Source: Callorhinchus milii (lineage: Eukaryota). From it: a stretch of DNA of 64,000 bases. The stretch spans positions 186,001 to 250,000 of the forward strand of contig NW_024704747.1 in the NCBI RefSeq assembly GCF_018977255.1, written 5' to 3'. Under the pieces are notes generated by a model. It did no database searches and was not told where the DNA came from. It worked only from the letters and a program-made list of their open reading frames with translations. Positions 63,318 through 64,000 of this stretch are shown in pieces (within the stretch, counting starts at the first letter, position 1; every line of letters starts with the position of its first letter). The translations under genes and the position numbers were made by a program.

Positions 63318-64000
63318 ATGGCGTCCCGCGGTGGGGAGGAAGCATTTGTGAGGAGTTTGGCCAGATTACTGCGGGATCAAGGTGAGAGACTGAGTGCTCG
63401 CCATGTCACCAGCAGTGGACATTAATCCCCACCACCTCCCCCAAGTGGTCTCTGGGGCCTCTGCGCTCACACACAGTCCAGGTGTCAGCCCTCTTCATTA
63501 TAGTAACGCTGTGCGTTACAGACATACACATTTCTCCTTCCCTCTCAACCACAATCACCCAGATGAAGTTCACCACCTGCTTCCTCAACCCCCTCCCCAC
63601 CCAGCTGCTGGTCACTTAACTCCCCCTCCTCTCCTCCCTGCTGGCCGACTCGGTCTCTCAGGCTCTGTTCCACTCCCCCTGAAAACCATTGGTATCATCC
63701 CACTCCTCAAAGACCCCGCCCTCGACCCCTCTAATCTCTCACACTACCGTCCCATCTCCAACCTGCCCTTACTGGTCAAAGTCCTGGAACGCATTATTGA
63801 GGGTCCACTTCAATTACACCTCTGCCTCCGTGTGTGTGTACAGGTGACGGGGGGCTGTGTGTGTGTGTACAGGTGACGGGGGGCTGTGTGTGTAACACTG
63901 TGTGTACAGGTGCTGGGGGTGTGTGTAACGCTGTGTGTGTACAGGTGATGGGGGGGTGTGTAACGCTGTGTGTGTGTGTACAGGTGACGGGGTGCTGGGG
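63318..64000 (+). CDS. STK11IP: STK11-interacting protein, N-terminal exons (gene continues beyond the window)
   Basis: Exon 63315-63381 (ATG 63318) gives MASRGGEEAFVRSLARLLRDQ with a phase-1 GTGAGA donor. The next exon from 63984 gives GDGVLG. Together these resemble recalled human LAGLLRESGDVVLSG. STK11IP neighbours SLC4A3 in human. Confidence 0.72.
63400..63822 (+). mobile_element. L2 ORF2 fragment
   Basis: IPLLKDPALDPSNLSHYRPISNLPLLVKVLERII, the region just before the RT domain. Confidence 0.8.
63828..64000 (+). repeat. Minisatellite containing the STK11IP 3' splice site
   Basis: Five (TG)nTACAGGTG(A/C) units. Confidence 0.85.

Overview
Vertebrate genomic DNA. The repeat content (Deu-domain tRNA-SINEs, L2/CR1 LINE fragments, a 51/54-bp minisatellite, a Penelope-type end repeat) points to a cartilaginous fish (inference). 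The window is a GC-rich, short-intron segment syntenic with human 2q35. Spliced gene models were built by eye from GT-AG junctions and recalled protein similarity; no database search was run. The models are: PNKD (+, 9 coding exons, medium-isoform-type first exon); ARPC2 (+, 10 coding exons, lying wholly inside PNKD intron 6 just after a 25-N gap); CATIP (+, 9 coding exons, long acidic N-terminus, RFX X-box promoter); SLC4A3/AE3 (-, 22 coding exons plus a candidate internal first exon); and the start of STK11IP (+). The most notable points are the same-strand ARPC2-in-PNKD nesting (real or misassembly), minisatellites that tandemly duplicate real splice sites, an inverted pair of minimal hammerhead-ribozyme motifs in a CATIP intron, and a candidate cardiac-type AE3 first exon. 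There is no CRISPR array or prokaryotic system.
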